Program-made: the position numbers and the translations under genes
The notes under the pieces: model-generated
What the model saw: only the letters and a program-made list of their open reading frames with translations
Told to the model about the DNA's origin: nothing
The model's database searches: none
Part shown: positions 61,886-64,000 of the stretch, one piece after another
Layout: each line of letters begins with the position of its first letter
Numbering within the stretch: the first letter of the stretch is position 1
Source: Macrostomum lignano
Taxonomy: Eukaryota
Assembly: GCA_002269645.1 (NCBI GenBank)
Contig: NIVC01001571.1
Location: forward strand, 1 to 64,000
DNA length: 64,000 bases
Direction of reading: 5' to 3'

Positions 61886-62704
61886 AAACCTCGGTTGTAT
61901 TAGCTACCTGAGCTATCAGGTGAAAAAAATGTTTAGACATTCAAAAACTGAGACTGGACTCAAAAAGGAGATTAATTTATAATAAAAACTAAAGTAGAAT
62001 CCAGGTAAAACTTAGATAGGGAAGAAAAGAAACGGAAAAAAACTCCACCTACAAGAATCATGACAGAAATGTCAGACACGAATATCATAACAAAGATCAT
62101 TTAGCTTCGCATAAAAAAAGTCATTTAAAAAAAGACAGGATTTACCCCAACACAAAACGCTGATCAGAGGGGTAAACTAAAAAACGAAGCCTTTAAAAGC
62201 AGACTAAGCCAGACGCCTGTTAAATGAAGCAAACTTACTAAGTAATAGGACGCTTCTGCTGGTGGGGCGGCCTATTTTAACCATCAGCCCCCGCGCTCTG
62301 ACTAAAGAATAAAGCAATTAAACCGCGAGACTGGAGAGTTTCGGGCCAGGGGGGTGGGGGGCATTAAAGACTCAAGACAGGCAGGCAATACGATAGCCAT
62401 GGTGGATTTTTTTGTTGCTTTTTGTTCATTTCACGCATCAATAGCGAATTGAGAGCGCGGGCCAGGCGTCCATGGGCGGTACGGGTTCCAAAGTGATCAA
62501 GTTTTATTATTTAAACTGCAATCTTATTCTCGTCAAAAAATCAATGCCTGACTGCCATGCCGGCAGCTGGGGACAATGCGATACGCCTTGACGCAATGGT
62601 GAATTAAATTTCTAGGGGTCAAACAGCTACATCACCTTAAATCGTGAAATTAATCAAATAGTGCTGGTTGGTGAATGTTAATCAGGTGGGTGAAACATCG
62701 GGGG

Positions 62705-63060
62705 TTTGTGAATGAAGTTCTGTTCAGTACATGAAGTTCTGGTCAGTGAATGAAGCTCTAGTTGGTGAATGAAGCTCTAGTTGGTGAATGAAGTTCAGGT
62801 TGGTGAATTAAAATCTGGTTAGTGAATGAAGATCGGGTCGGTGAATCAAGTTCAGGTTGGTGAATCAAAATCTGGTTGGTGAATGAAGCTCTAGTTGGTG
62901 AATCAAGTTCTGGTTGGTGAATCAAGTTCTGGTTGGTGAATCAAAATCTGGTTAGTGAATGAAGATCGGATCGGTGAATGAAGTTCTGGTTGGTAAATCG
63001 TTGATGATGGATCGGGTTGGTGAATGAAGGTCCGGTTGGTGAATGAACTGACTGGTGAAG
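62705..63060. repeat. 19-bp minisatellite TGGTTGGTGAATCAAGTTC
   Basis: Direct reading. Confidence 0.93.
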
Positions 63061-63130
63061 GTTATTTAACATTATTTTTACAACCGGAAAACCTTTATCA
63101 AAAGACAAAGAAAAAGCCAAGCAAACTCAC

Positions 63131-63641
63131 CGTTCATTTCCCGTCGAATGACATCAACAGGAAATGGCGAAGTGAACTGGAAATAGTTCAACTGGTGCAT
63201 GACAGACTGCTGATGATGATGATCTGACGAAGCCGCAGAACCCGGAGCTGGCGGAGGCGAGATCTCGTAGCCATTAAGCCGCAGCATCTCCATGGTGACG
63301 GCCATCATGGCTGGGCTGCATTGGAATTTAAAATGTCTCGGATTAATGCAGAGCTCATCTTCGCACCTGTGCACTAACAGGTTGGTATCGGTGCTGTCCA
63401 TTGGGACGCCGTGGAACAGGATGGCAACCAGGGTGTCGAGACGCCACACCTTGTCGGAGCCGCGCAGACCATCGATGCGTTTCATCTTGCCTTTGCCATC
63501 TGGCACAGTCAGCACGCAGCTGGTGTCGTCGCATTCTAACCAGACTCGAATGAATGCCGCCTTGTAATCGTCTTGAATCTCTTTGAATATCTTTTTTAGT
63601 AGATTGGCAACTATGTCGGCTAGCTCAGTGTCGGTCATATC
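63131..63641 (-). CDS. NFI: Nuclear Factor I (CTF/NFI) DNA-binding domain exon, divergent
   Basis: CVLTVPDGKGKMKRIDGLRGSDKVWRLDTLVAILFHGVPMDSTD..LCINPRH matches NFI [51 protein letters not shown]. Acceptor at 63643-63642, donor GTGAGT at 63130. Upstream exons lie beyond the right edge. Confidence 0.9.
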
Positions 63642-63718
63642 CTGTCAGAATTGCGACCGATTGAAAAAAGTAGTCATACACTCACACAGGGTGTACAGCG
63701 GCCCTGACTTTATAATCG

Positions 63719-64000
63719 AGTGGAGAATATGAAGAGTGTTGTCTATGGCAGCGAGTGGAGAATATGGGGAGTGTTGTCTATTGCAGCGAGTGGAGAATAT
63801 GGAGAGTGTTGTCTATGGCAGCGGAGAATATGGAGAGTATTGTCTATGGCAGCGAGTGGAGAATATGGAGAGTGTTGTCTATGGCAGCGAGTGGAGAATA
63901 TGGAGAGTGTTGTCTATGGCAGCGAGTGGAGAATATGGAGAGTGTTGTCTATGGCAGCGAGTGGAGAATATGGAGTGTGTTGTCTATGGCAGCGAGTGGA
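63719..64000. repeat. 35-bp minisatellite GCAGCGAGTGGAGAATATGGAGAGTGTTGTCTATG
   Basis: Runs off the window edge. Confidence 0.95.

Overview
Eukaryotic (animal) genomic DNA with GC-rich spliced exons and canonical GT-AG introns. The style (minisatellite-filled introns, poly-Q/A/S protein inserts, NR1J-like receptor, divergent peptide GPCR) suggests a free-living flatworm such as Macrostomum, but this is inference. All recognisable genes are on the minus strand. From right to left: a divergent Nuclear Factor I (probably joined across an ~11.6 kb intron to three low-complexity exons), a possible micro-intron-rich small gene, a signal-peptide/C2H2/TM protein, an NR1J/HR96-like nuclear receptor with an abnormally long D-box, a rhodopsin-class GPCR with degenerate motifs, BOP1/Erb1, and Ric-8 (one apparent 1-nt frameshift; it runs off the left edge). 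Region 19-31 kb is a transposon nest: a tRNA/CORE-like SINE, a hAT transposase remnant, two MITE families with perfect 8-bp TSDs (one inserted into its own family), an RTE RT fragment, an LTR-like piece and a TIR element with a telomeric core. About 35 distinct tandem arrays occupy most long introns. Almost all long ORFs in the supplied track are artefacts of these arrays. Exon models were derived by hand from splice signals, reading phase and remembered family motifs; no database search was run.
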